DNA of 64,000 bases, from NCBI GenBank assembly GCA_052426225.1, contig JBNJNM010000006.1:372001-436000 (forward strand). The letters run 5' to 3'. The notes under the pieces are model-generated. The model was not told the origin of the DNA. It saw nothing but the letters and a program-made list of their open reading frames with translations, and searched no databases. Position 1 is the first letter of the stretch. The number at the start of each line of letters is the position of its first letter. Shown here in pieces: positions 20,430 to 33,453 of this stretch. The position numbers and the translations under genes are program-made. Source of the stretch: Zancudomyces culisetae HAW-14-8. Lineage: Eukaryota; Fungi; Kickxellomycota.

Positions 20430-20502
20430 GCTTTGGTGGCTCAGTCGGTAGAGCGTGAGTCTCATAATCTCAAGGTCGTGAGTTCGAACCTCACCCAGAG
20501 CA
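20430..20502 (+). tRNA. tRNA-Met(CAT), elongator type
   Basis: Cloverleaf: GCTTTGG/CCAGAGC acceptor, GCTC/GAGC D stem, CAT anticodon with T31-T39 pair, GTGAG-TTCGAAC-CTCAC T arm; TTTTT terminator 20508-20512. Confidence 0.97.
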
Positions 20503-21720
20503 ATCTCTTTTTAAATATTTTTTATTGAAATATATTATCTATTTATTTTATGGCTGGATTCGTTTTAGTGTAATTTATTGTAGATTTATTATTTATCCAA
20601 TAAATTATTAGCTAATGTGATGGTGTAATATATAGTAGATGTATTAAGTTATCTGATATATTTTTCAGCTAATGTGATGGCTGAGTTTGGTATAGCACTG
20701 ATTGTGTCAGTTATACTCAGGTCTCGGATCACTTCACTAGTACTGTTTGCCGTAATATGAGTGTTTTTAATAACTTTTATTATTGTTGTAATAATAATAA
20801 AACACTAAGTAAACTATCTGAATGTAGTGTTAATTTCAATTACTAAGTATGTAAAAAACGTATATGGAAAGTATATTCTGTTAGAAAGGCTTTCCCTGTT
20901 TATTTTCGTTGTCCACTTCGCTTTTATTCACTGATCGTACAGATGTTCACTTTACTGTTATAAATATTTAGGTATAAATAACTACGAGTTAATTGGTAGT
21001 TATATTATGCTCAGGAATCGCAATTGATTCGCTAGCAAAAAGTATGAAGCCGTTATACTACAATATTAAATTTTTTTTTTAAATTACATTATATATAATT
21101 TATACATTGAAACTATTTTATTAATTTATGTAATTTACATGAGTATAATAAATACAAGCCAGGAGATATGGTTAATAAAAACATACCAAAGTTATTTTTC
21201 GATGTTTAAATACTTTAATTTGAGTATCGTTTGGATATTCTAACTTTACTTCTAGTTATTTTAATTTATATCATGAATTCCGCTTGTTGGTGTTAAACTC
21301 ATCCCGGAATAACAGTTTATTTGATAGAAGAAAGGTGTTGTAGTTATTTCATAGTTTATTTATTGCGACATTACTCTTTTTTTTTCTAGGTTTGTTGAAC
21401 TGTTTTGAGTTAATATTTTAACTTCGACTTATTTTTCATGAATACACATAATTGCTATAATTCTAGAAATTTGGCATTATATTTTTATAACAGTTTAGAC
21501 TATGCAATATTGTATTATTATTTTTTATTCTTATTATTAGCAATTTTTGTATATTGATATTATATTATATATTTCTTTTTTATTAATAAATGTATTTATC
21601 TATAACTTGTAACAAGTATATTTTAAATAGAACTTAGGTAAATATTTAAAAATCTATATAAGTATTTCAATCAACCTGAGTTGGATAAAACATATTTAAA
21701 CTTTGCAGATCAATTAAAAA

Positions 21721-21978
21721 TTATTGGTAAAATTTAATGCCTGCATCATATATACAGTGTCGGACGTGGCTGGACTGGCCACGCTCCTTAGTCGGGTTTC
21801 TCATGGAATCCATCTCTCTTTGAACCACTCCTTCAAGAAAAGAGAATGGATCACGTGACGCTTCCGGTTCTATTTCCATAGAAGTAGCTTCGGAGCGATC
21901 ACTATCCGAGGAGTACCGCCCCTCATCCTTGAATCTCTGGATGATGGCAGCGCGCAGATGACCCATAAGACCTGACAT
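21721..21978 (-). CDS. Orphan small protein (85 aa)
   Basis: GC-richer ORF in AT-rich DNA, A-rich leader, upstream TATATAAAA plus hairpin near 22139-22187; no recognised domain. Confidence 0.5.
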   Translation of the reverse strand: MSGLMGHLRAAIIQRFKDEGRYSSDSDRSEATSMEIEPEASRDPFSFLEGVVQREMDSMRNPTKERGQSSHVRHCIYDAGIKFYQ

Positions 21979-23615
21979 GAGATTTTAGTAATTTTAAACT
22001 TTTATCTTTTACTATTTTAAACTTTTAGCCGTAGCACTATTATATGATTATATTAATTTTCATTAAACTTGTATTAAACAGAATCCTTCTTGTTCAATGT
22101 CTTTATTTCTTACTTTTGTGAATATGTTTTAAACTACTAAAAGAGCTAAAGAGACTCCTACTGAGATCTCTTTGGCTTTTATATATGTTAATTGCTAATT
22201 TTAAAACTATTACTAATCTTATCCTATTAATATTTAATATATCCGCTATCTCTTCATATTATGCTTTGTGTTCGTCCTCATAGTTTGACTCATTTTTCAT
22301 AGTCGATTTAATACTCTTTAATTTAATTAAATATACTAATAATAATAAATTCTTTTTGTGTCCTTATTTCATTTTGTAATTTTTCTCTTGGATTTTTGAT
22401 CTGACTATTTCCTTCATTTTATGATCAGAAATAATCTTCATATTTTTGATTGTTAATGTTTAAATAAAATTCATTTCATTTTTAGATAATTGAATAATTT
22501 CCTTTGAATATTTATATATTCCCAAGAAATCGGATTAAGTTGGAATTCAACCCAGAACACACGACATTAGACTTTCCCCTAAAACCATAAACCGTTTAAT
22601 TATTTAAACCCCATTACACTGGTTTTGCTATTTTAAGTCCAGGTTATTGGAAAAATTACATAATTCAGTCAAAGTTAAAATATAAGAATTACATGTTAAA
22701 AACATTTTTGTTAGTATCTGCTCTTATAATTCAACTACAGTTGAAAATTAAAATTATTTCTATTGAGCTAGAACTGCTATAGATAGGATGAGACGCGCAT
22801 GTAGATTAAGTCTGCATATTAGTCTCGAGTTTTTGTTAATTTAACAAACATTCTCGAACTAGTCTAGATCAATTTATTTGGAATTTAATATAAGTATGAA
22901 TGGTTTGAAGTGATAATCACCACGAAATACTAAATAGCCGAGGGTAGGTAAAATAAAAAAGTGTTATTAGCCAAGTAATTGGTAAATTATGCATTTGAAG
23001 ATAGTCGAAAATAAGATAATCCTTGCAAATAAGAGGTGTCTTTACATGCAGTATTTCTAAATTCTTATATATTCAAGTTCTAGAAATAAAGTTCACTCAA
23101 AAATAGAAATAGGCGAGGTAATAATAAAAAGCTTTGTATTCGTATAATTGGGTTGTAGACAAAAAAATAAGTTTTAGAAAATCAATTTTATTAGTAAGAA
23201 GAAGAGTTAGAAATTCCTGTGTAGCTAATTAAATGTTTTCCAAAACACAGCCTATATTGATGATCAGTAAATAAGTTTGAACTTGTGTTGCTGTTGATTA
23301 TGCATATTTAATAATTACAGTATCGTTTTAGCATACTATTCAAATTATGGAGTCTGGACAACTTGATTATGGATATTGAGAGTCACAGTAGGTAGTTTTG
23401 CCTGTAATAAAATAGAAAATAACTATACTGCCAAGGTCATAAACTTATTGCTCTTGATAAATTTGTTTTCATAGCACTATGCTTTTGGATACATCACTCA
23501 GACCGTAAAAAGTATTTAAGTAGAACTTTTTTCTTACAAAATAAAAACTGTACCTGCTTCCCGTTAAAGCTTAGATTCCAAACTAGAATAGAATAAAGAA
23601 AAGAAAAACTAAAAA

Positions 23616-24062
23616 ATGATCAAGTCAGTAATCCTCAGCGCCTTGGTAGTTAGCTCAACCTTTGCTTACAGCGTACAGAATGCACAGAACCAAGATGTAC
23701 AAGCATCAGGTGAAAACGATATTTCGGAGTCCAACTTCAATGAGATGCACGACGAGTACAGACCCAGACGCAGAAGAGTCAGAAAACTGACAGTTGAAGT
23801 GTTTTACAACAACAACTACAGCGTTCTCCGAGGCACTTTCAAAGCCAAGCCAAATAAGTGCTATTCGGCATCATCGTTTGCATCTGCAAGAATGAGTGGA
23901 GTGAGTGGAACTAGAGGAGCCATGCTGTTCTGTAACCAGGCTAATTGTACAGGTAGATGCTTTGTCGCACTTAGAAGCGCAGGAAGCCAAGTTAATAATA
24001 TTTATGGACAACTTGGTTGTAACCGTGCAACATCTTATTCATGGATTTCTCCGTACTTTTAA
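23616..24062 (+). CDS. Small secreted Cys-containing protein, prepro architecture, beta/gamma-crystallin-like mature domain
   Basis: Signal peptide MIKSVILSALVVSSTFA, acidic pro-region, RPRRRRVRK basic site, 5 Cys, two Greek-key-like motifs. Confidence 0.8.
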   Translation: MIKSVILSALVVSSTFAYSVQNAQNQDVQASGENDISESNFNEMHDEYRPRRRRVRKLTVEVFYNNNYSVLRGTFKAKPNKCYSASSFASARMSGVSGTRGAMLFCNQANCTGRCFVALRSAGSQVNNIYGQLGCNRATSYSWISPYF

Positions 24063-25690
24063 ACTTTGAAGCAATAGCTGCTACCGTTTTTGAATTATGT
24101 AGTTTATTAGAATAAGTAGATAAATAAACATATATCAATTGAGTTTCAATGCAAAAGCTATACTTCTCAACAATCAATGATAATTTGGTTTTGGTGGGGA
24201 ACTTAGAAACGTCTATTCTTGGTATAGATCAAACATTTAGCGATTTAAATATTTTATTCTATCTGGATTAAGGATATAAACCACTTTTATTCTATTACTG
24301 TTTTTTTGGATTGATTTATTAAACAATCAGAGGGAAATAATTAGATTTTAATTTCATGTAAAAGTGCTTTAGTATGGTACATCCATGGTCAGAGTTTTGA
24401 ATGTTCATTACTATTTATATCTCTTGATAAAATCTTTTAAAACATTTGGGTATTTCTAGTAATAGCTTCAGAAATTAGTATCAGATATCTTTTCAAGATT
24501 GGTAATACACACTATTGTTTTTCATAGTTTTTATGCATATTTGGATAGTTTTTCAAGACCTTGGAGTCATATAACACGATCAATATGACATGCTTGTTTA
24601 TTTTTTTTTGGTTATATAATCTGTTATTTATTTGGATTTTACCTACTAATAATATCTTTTTTATACTATTAATGATGATGATTTATACTTTAAATTTATC
24701 AATATATAGATAACATGGCAAGTAATGGTTCTGCAGCAATAAGCTCAGTGGTTTCATAATAACATATTAAAATTGGATATGACTTACTGAAGAGGAATAA
24801 AGAAAGTGTATATTTACGAATACAAAAAAGCAAAAGGGTTAAAAATGAGTATAAAAGTCCCGTTAGCTATTTGGTTTGGTTGATATTTGTTGCAAGCAGG
24901 AAGATGCCTAAAAAAATCAACATATAAATAAGTAACGTGGGTTTAATGATAATCAAAAATTGGCAATTTACTAAACTAGCTTACTTTGCAGTTTAGTTTA
25001 CAACAAAGTGATTATTTTAATAACTTGAATTTTTATTCGGGAGTAGCAATTACTGATGTCTTGATACATTTAAAGGTATTAATTATTTTAGAAACAGTTT
25101 TATGGTATTAATCATTTAATCGATGTGGATACATCTACTAGTATACTTTTGTATTAACGCTTAAATCTGAAGGTTGGTATTCATTATATAAATGGTATAC
25201 ATATTTAGAGTTGTTTTTATCTTTTGTACCCGAGTTAGTATTTTGAAAATGTGATCGCTTCATTATTTTAAGTGTGATAATAAACACTAACTTTTTATTT
25301 TGATTCTTTTTATATTCTAGTTGTTATATTTATCAGAGGTAAATGTACTAGATATCATATTCCTTGGATTAAATAATGGGGAATGCGCATAATAATCAAT
25401 ACATATTCAAGAATTGTGTGGCACTGAGTATAAACCCTTCTATTTTTTATATTTATAAGAACGAATGTTTTTAAAAAACGCTCCTTTAATTTAATACCCA
25501 TTAAGAATACAATTCTAATAGCTAAATCCGGAGAATAAGTGCGATTAATGATATCAAGAGCAAACTTACTTGTAATTCTAGTAATTATATAAAAACTGTG
25601 TTTATTTACACATTTCAAGTATTTAGAAAAGACATTAATTGAAAAATTACAAAGAAAAACGAAACAATAAAAAAGACAATTCAAATAAGC

Positions 25691-27441
25691 TCAATTCTTC
25701 CAAATCTTCAATACTTTATCTTTACCCCCACTAGCCACCTTATCACCATAAGGGGACCAATCAACTGTATACACTTCATCGCGGTGGCCTGGCAGATCGC
25801 CTTTCAAAGTTCGGGTTGCGACGTCCCAGGTCTTGAGCGTTGAATCGCGAGAGCAGCTGAGTAACAGCCGGGAATCTGAGGACCATGCGAGCTGGTACAC
25901 AGGGGCAACGTGGCCAAACAGGCTGCATAGGTACTTGCCGGTATGACCGTCCCATAGCTTGATTGTGTTGTCGAACGAGGCGCTGGCGATGTAGCTCGCG
26001 TCAGGGCTGAAACAGACATGATTTACGAGCTTTTGATGTCCTGTTTTATTTTTTTTAAAAAATGTTTTTTTTACATTGTTAGTATTTGGGTTCCTTTCTT
26101 TTAATGTTAATATCAATAGTGTTACCAGGTTGTATAACAATGGTCATTTATAAAGAAATTAGAGATTATGTTAATATGTTTACCTAGTAGTCGGGCGGTG
26201 GGTTTCTTGTCATTCAAAGGATTCCACAAAAACATGGTAAAATCATCAGAACCAGAGACCAATCGTTCAGGCAGTTTGTTGTTAAATGTAATATCGTTGA
26301 ATTTCTTTAATGCAACATTCAATTCGATATTTTCCTTATCATCAGAGTCGGCTGGTGGAGCAGGGTCATAAGGACCTGTTCGTAATACATACCCAGAGCT
26401 TATAGCCAATGTATTGACCCAGTGTGCATGGCCAGCTAGTGTCTTGATCAACTTTCCATTTGCCGAATTCCAGAGCTTAATGGTTTTATCTTGGGAGCCA
26501 GTCACCAAAATAGATTCCACACCACTTTTATTGCCTCCGTTATTGGATTCCGACGAGGTATGTTGTTGGGGTGGTAACGTACCCATAAACAAGACACTGG
26601 TAACTGAAGCGGTATGCCCACCAATTGAATAGAGACACTGTTGTTTGTTGGTATCCCATACACGCACAGTACCATCCTTTGAACTGGACGCCAACTTGCG
26701 GTTGCGTGCAACACCACCGTGGTTTGTGAGGTGGTAAGGCTCCCAAGCCAAACTGGTGATCCACTTTTTGTGTCCAACCAAAGGTCTTCCTATTTGCATA
26801 CCTGTCTTTGGATTCCATAATCGTACAGTGTTATCCATCGACCCAGATGCCAGAATACTTCCATCAGGAGACCACGCTATACACAGTACCCAGTTTGTGT
26901 GTCCTTTGCATGTAAACAAGGGGGTTTCGGTGTGGAGATCCCAGAATCTCACTGTTGTGTCACCACTACAACTTGCCAGCATCGAACCGTCGGGGCTAAA
27001 TTGTACCATCAATACGGCTTCGGTATGGCCAACCAAGTCGCTACTACACCGGGTGACAGGTTTGACTCGGTAGAGTGCTTGTGGTCTGTATTGGATTACC
27101 ACCAGCTGTTCGGAAACATCTGTAGAATCAACCTTGTTTTTAGATTTACCCTTTTCTGTTTGTTTTTCCTTTTCTTTATTTTGCTGTTCAAAGAATTGGT
27201 GTAATGAGCCGGTTCCAGTCAATTCAACTTGGTCAATGTAAAATGCGTATGGAACGGCTGCTTCGTTGTCGAGTAGTTTGTTGAGAACAATTGATAGTTG
27301 ATCGCTGGTAAATCCTGCCGAGAGATTTAGAACGGGTCCGGCATCGTTGCCCTCAAAGGACCGAAACTGCGCCAGGATTGTGCTGGTATTGAGATCGGAT
27401 GTTTCGGAAGCATCGGTCGGAATTGCTGAATTTGGATCCAT
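25691..27441 (-). CDS. RSA4: Notchless/Rsa4 WD40 ribosome-assembly protein (2 exons: 27441-26184, 26040-25691; ~535 aa)
   Basis: N-terminal NLE domain, YRPQALYRVKPVTRC, WD repeats, ERLVSGSDDFTMFLW. GT-AG intron 26041-26183 restores LLGHQKLVN. Confidence 0.95.
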
Positions 27442-27731
27442 TTATAACTTGTTGTTGTAGATAATTCTGTGATTATGAATGATGGGTCTATATTACTCTA
27501 TTGTCGAATATTCTATTATAAAAGTGTGAATTGGGGTGTTTTTTTTTTTGCTAATATTTACATATTCGATCCTCTATATTCTTTTTTGTAATATTTTGTT
27601 GGATCAAAAGTAAAAAAAAAAAAAAAAAATTTTTTTTCATACGAGTTTATTAGTGGAAATAAAAAAACAAAAGAATAATTTAAAGCATAGATCAAATTAA
27701 GGGGGGGGGGATGTGGGAAGGGAAATGAAAA

Positions 27732-30700
27732 TTAAATGATCAAATCCAGCTCACAGCGCTGGTACATATTGGAATCAGTATCCTCAAAACGTGGGTAATA
27801 AGCGACCAAATTTGATTGAGCGCCAAGATACAACATATTGTAGATACGCCAGTAAACCTCGCGGATACGGCGGGCGGGGTGGAACAAACCCTGCAAGGTA
27901 TAGTACAAAACAGTACCAGGACCCAGGGCCAGACGGCAAGCCTCAATGGCATCAAGAACTGCACAGATGACGTGGGGGCTGGTTTCGGTGATGTTTGGCC
28001 ACAGATGGTTGAGGAGATGCAGCAGAGGCAGCTCACAGCCAAGACCGGCAACACCAACAGCAATGTGTTTGATTGCGTTGGCAGCTTGTTGACGATGGAC
28101 AAGGTCACGGTCAATCAGGGCATCTTCCAACAAAGGAGTGACGGCATTGATGTAGTCACGACCGAGTTCGCCAATGTATTCAAACATAAAGGACAGAGAC
28201 TTGAGGACACCGTTTTGGACATTGAGTTCAGGTACACGGTACTCATTCATCAGAGCGGGTAGAACAGTATAAGGGGCACAGGATTCGGCGACAATGGCTA
28301 TGGCTACAGTGGTTCCAACACGGTTCTGGCGCTCCTGGACCTTGAGATTATTGAGCAAAGTGGCGAGAACATCTTGAGGGCCAATGGCCTTGGCAATATA
28401 ACCAAAGGTGTTGACGGCAGCACGACGGATAGCCTTTTTGTGGGCCTTGAGAAGCTCAAGAAGCTCAAAGCAAATACGCATCCATTCGCGAGCGCTAACG
28501 TACTCAGCACCACGGTCGGCAATACGGCCTACAAGATCAATACAGTTTTCCTGGACCTTTTCGTGGCGGTTTTTAAGGATAGGAGTGAGGCGAGGCAACA
28601 AGTCTTTGATTGGTGGATTCATGTTTGCCATACCAATGACATTGACAATAGCCTTAAGGCCACCCAGGATGCTTCCCAACACCTCGGGATACTCTTCGCC
28701 CAAATACTCGTATAGAGTAAGGCCAATATTACCCAACAGCACTTCTTCGCCACACAGTTTCATAACGGCAGCAATTTTAGCAACCAAGTCGGCAGCTAGT
28801 TGTCGAGTACGTGCGTTTTGGTTGTTGAGCCGCCACAGCAACGCCGACGTGATTTGATGCAAGTATGGCTGAGCTCGGATTCCAAGAGCATTGGCAACGG
28901 TGCCAAACCCATTAAGCACCACCATATCCTCAGCTACCTGTTCTTGGAACGCATACAATACACCATCCATCAGCTGCTGTTCCAGTCGCGGATCAATATC
29001 GGTGGCGCCCAATTGTCCAACTGCGCGATCTATCGTGTCCATCGCCATCTTGCGGAACGGCTCGCTCTCATCCTTCAGCCCAAACACGACTCGCGACACC
29101 ACATTGCCAACTCCTGTTTTCTTGGCCAGCTCAACCGTCGTTTCTATCACTTGTCCGTAGTTTCGCGCATCCAGCGCCATCCGCCGCACCCAAAAATGCT
29201 TGAAAAATTCGGGCAGAATTTCATCAACAATATACTGTGGCTCCACGCCATTCGTTGCAGTACACTGCTTGACCACCTTCAATACAATCTTTTTCATTTC
29301 CTCATCAGGCGACTGAAACTCTCGCACCAGAATCACCATCACCTCCTTGGTATAGTAGTTGGCATACTCTGCATCCATCAGCGGAATAATAAACCCTATC
29401 GCCTTCAAAAACGCTGCCAGCCCCTTTCCACGATGTGTTCGGATCCCCAACCACAGCGGCTTCAGCACCGAATCAAACGATTCAATACCATATGGCGCCG
29501 CTGCCTCCGCCAATGCTGCCAACGCCAGCGCCGTAATTGTTCGCACCTTCTGCTGCTCGTCCTCCAGCCCATGTCCAATACACTCAACTAGATGTCTCAA
29601 GTGTGGCAGAACTGCACATCCCAGTAGAATCGCTATCTGCTGCACAATCTTAACACCTGTATGCCGCGCCTGCCATGACTTCTTGCTCTTACACACCGCT
29701 TTCAAGAACGGAAGCAGCGCTGGAATTCCCAGTGCCGATGCCACCACCGAAAACGCTCGCGCTGTTGTGTTACGCACATACTCGTCAGTATGGTCGATAT
29801 CTGGTCGCATTGTTGCTATCATTGTCGCAAGCCCTGCTGCCTTTGACAGATTGCTGATAATCTCTCGCCCTTCCACCCGCGCATAGTAATCTTCATCTAT
29901 CAGCAACGGCTCAATCACCACCAAAATCTTGTGTGTATACGGCCGCACCAAATCCCCGAGCTTGTACAGTACTCTGTCTATCACCTTCACCAGCAAATGC
30001 CGCTCTTGATCCTCCAGCGATGGTGCCATCAGTAGCGGCAGAATGTTGTTAAATAGCGGTCCTGCCCCATATCGCCGTGCATTCTCGCTCAATTCCCGCA
30101 GTCCTGATCGCCGCTGTTGTGGTGTTCCGTTCTTTACCTTCAACAGAATCTTTTTGATGTCACGATCCTTGATCTCTTCAGTACTCAGCTTCTCCTGTTC
30201 CTGTCCATCGAGTAACTTGCCAAAAAACTGCATGTCATCGTTTTTGAAAAATGGAAGTGCTCCTATCCCCGGAACTTCCCTAGTCACTCCATAATCTTGT
30301 CGTATATCCTCTTCCTGCATCATAAACCCTCCCGCTGCTGCTGCTCCTCCTGCAAACGGTCCTGGTGTTGCCTGTAGCTTTCGTGCTGGTGTTCTGATTG
30401 CTATATATCCCTCTGGCTCTCTAAGTATCTCGTACCCTTCACTCGGTAACAGCTGATCCAACTCCTCGTCAGTAAACAGCTTCACCCCTGCACTTACCCC
30501 TCCACTCGCCCCTGCTCCTCCATGCACTGGCGTTGTTAACCCAATATTTCCCATCGGTGTCGCCCCAAAGTCTTCATACACACCCTGTGTCACTACTGGC
30601 GTTTCGTCCCATCGCGACCGTGTCCGCTTTGGTGTTTCTTCATATATACTGCTCTCAACCTTGGGTGTTGCTTCTATATCCTTACCACTAATAACCTGTG

Positions 30701-31483
30701 GTGTTTGATCCCACCGGTTTTTACGTCGTGGCACTCGCATATCGACCTGTGTGCTGTCTGTCTCACTACCACTTGTTGCCACCTCTCTCTCCGTCTGGCC
30801 TACTTCTTTCTTTTTGCTCTCCACCTCTGTCTGCGTTACATCCCATCTGCGCTTTCTTCTCCCCCCAGCCTTCTCCTCCTCCTTTTCTTTTGCCGCAATC
30901 TCTCGTCGAATTTCCATCTCTTCCCGTTCCAACTGCACCTGCCGCATCGCCTCCGCATAGCTATATCCCGTCTCCCTCGCTCTATCTTGCTCTCCCTCTC
31001 CTACAACACCCCCCTCGTGTGCTGGTGTTTTAAACGCATCTATTCGCTCAGGTGATAACATTCTCAGTCGTCTACGTGCCTGGTACTCATTCTCCCGCTC
31101 CGCTATTACCCTATTTTCTTTTCCTGCTGCCTTGAACGGATCCTCTGCCTCTACCTCCATTTCTTCCCTTGCCTCATCCATAAATGCTTGCACATCTACC
31201 TCGACTCGTTTATTTCCCTGCTTCATCTTTACCGACATTTCATCCTCCTCCTCTTCCCCTCCAATCGACGGCACATACCCCGCATATCGATTTTCACTGT
31301 CGTAAATATCTGTATCAAACGCCACCCCTCCTGTCAACGATATCCTACCCATCGCACCCCCTTCACCTTCTACTTTTCCTTTACTTTTCGCTCGTGTTTT
31401 CTTTCCTACAATACAATTACAATTTATTCGGTTATCATCTCTTACTTTTATTGTTAAATTTCTTTTTACCTACCTTCAGACAT
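27732..31483 (-). CDS. HSH155: U2 snRNP splicing factor SF3B1 (10-nt first exon 31483-31474 inferred; main exon 31405-27732)
   Basis: RWD ULM repeats, TP motifs, HEAT repeats ([32 protein letters not shown]). Confidence 0.97.
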
Positions 31484-33453
31484 TTCTTGTTGAATAAAGC
31501 CTCGGGTTATTATCTGATCTGCTTTACTTTATTGTTTACTGATTATTCTTTTGATTAAAAATACAAACGTAATTTTCAATTTTTTATTCACAATTTTTGG
31601 TTTTTTGTATCATCAACTGTCATCAATTCCAATACTTTATTCTTCAGCAGCAACCTTCTTTTTCTTTGTTGTTTTAGTTGTCGAATTTTATTTACCAAGT
31701 ACGCTACTTCTAGGTTTGCTTAATCCAAATTCAATATTTCATCTAATCTAAATATTCGTTACATTGATTTACTAGACCTTGTAAAATTATTTTTTTTGTA
31801 TTATTATTTTTCGTTTTATTTTTTCGTCAACCGCGAATGAACTTTCTTGCTTTTCCTACGATAATTTTCTATCTCTCTCTCTCTCCATAAATCTTCAAAT
31901 ATGTCTGCACTTACGTTTTCTCCTCCCCCCCAATCCGTCCCAATCCGTCCCAAGTCGTATAATTTGCTAAATATCCGCATTTATAAAATAAAAAAATTTT
32001 CCTTTTTCATTTATTTTGCCAAATACATTCACTTATATGTAAATGCTAGTAAACAAATCCGGCTAGACAAGAGAACTAATAAACAACCCAAAATCTCATA
32101 TTTTTACTTGGATTATTTCCACTGATCACTTTTCAAGATTCGACTATCTCTTTTTAGGCAAAGAATAAAATGTTTTTGCTCCTCATATAAAACTCAAACA
32201 TAAACTATCTGGTTCTTTTTATTCATCATATATCTATTCAACTTTATTTTCCGCTTTATTTCATTGCATTACACTGCATAACGAGAATACCTTTTTGTAG
32301 ACCATCATCATAATATCTATACTTTGTACTTGATAATCTTACCCCTTATTATATACATTTATTTTGATACATGTTTTTAGTATACACTCAACACATATTT
32401 ACTCACTATTTGCAAGTTATGCCGGCCAGTTCTATTTTACACAAATCTTATTATCACTTTTTTTGCTCTTTGTGCGATTACTATGGATCATTCTATACCG
32501 GTCCTTACTTTTTAATTCTACAACAGTCTCTAATAGCTCTTTACAAGCATCCTTCTAAATCATATCGCATAATAAAATACATTTGAAGGCTTTATCATTT
32601 CCTCTGCTATCGCTATATAAAACAAATGATATGCCCAAAGCTTTTTTCTTAAATCTGCCTGTTTCTTGTTTTTTGTCTACTATCTAAGTATTCGCAAATA
32701 ACAACCACTATCGTAGATATTTCATTTGCTTATAGCCCTCCGTCCAATAATCGTTTTCTTGCTTTATAATTAATCACTTTCCGCTCTCTCTAAATTTCAT
32801 CGCTAATTTCCCCAGTATTTCTTTACTCACTCCCGCTTTTTTTTTTCCCTCTAGTTTTTTCATTTTTTTTATCATTTACTTGCTTATCCGTTTTATTCTC
32901 AGATTGCATTACTAAAAATTTTTTTTGTACTTACATTAGCTTTAATAGTTTGCCAAAAACCTATAGCCATTACCGTAACATAAATGGCAATAGATAAAGT
33001 TTCAGATGCAAAAAATATAAACAAAAAAGCTTTGGTTTAATTAATTTACGTTATAATGTCATCTAACATCCAATTCCCACCGGCTTCCGCCACTCAGTTG
33101 ACGATTACACGCCTGTATTTTTTGGGCTTTTTTCCGAAACCATCCTTGATCGCCCTTTTAAAATAAAAAGCAAATTGTAATCAAACACAATGATAAAAAT
33201 TAAACGTGCACAGTCAATTATTTTGCAATTCATCATTGTTTTATTTTCACCTTCCTACCCATTCCCCCTCCCCCTCCTCTCGTTTCTCTCCTTTTTCCCT
33301 CTTGTAAATTTTTTTCAAGTACTTGAAAAAATTATAAAACTATAAACATTAATTGCGACTTTCTTAATACTCTTGTTTTTTTGTTTTTGTTTTTATTCGA
33401 GGTTTTCTCTTAAACTAACACTATAACACGAAAAATAATAATAATCCATAACC

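Noticed and set aside
20590-20690. Direct repeat AGCTAATGTGATGG as a possible C/D snoRNA
   Set aside because: Box C is imperfect and no terminal stem or rRNA guide was recognised.
27740-31558. Long antisense ORFs (up to 263 aa) over SF3B1
   Set aside because: Explained by codon bias of the sense gene; no recognisable protein features.
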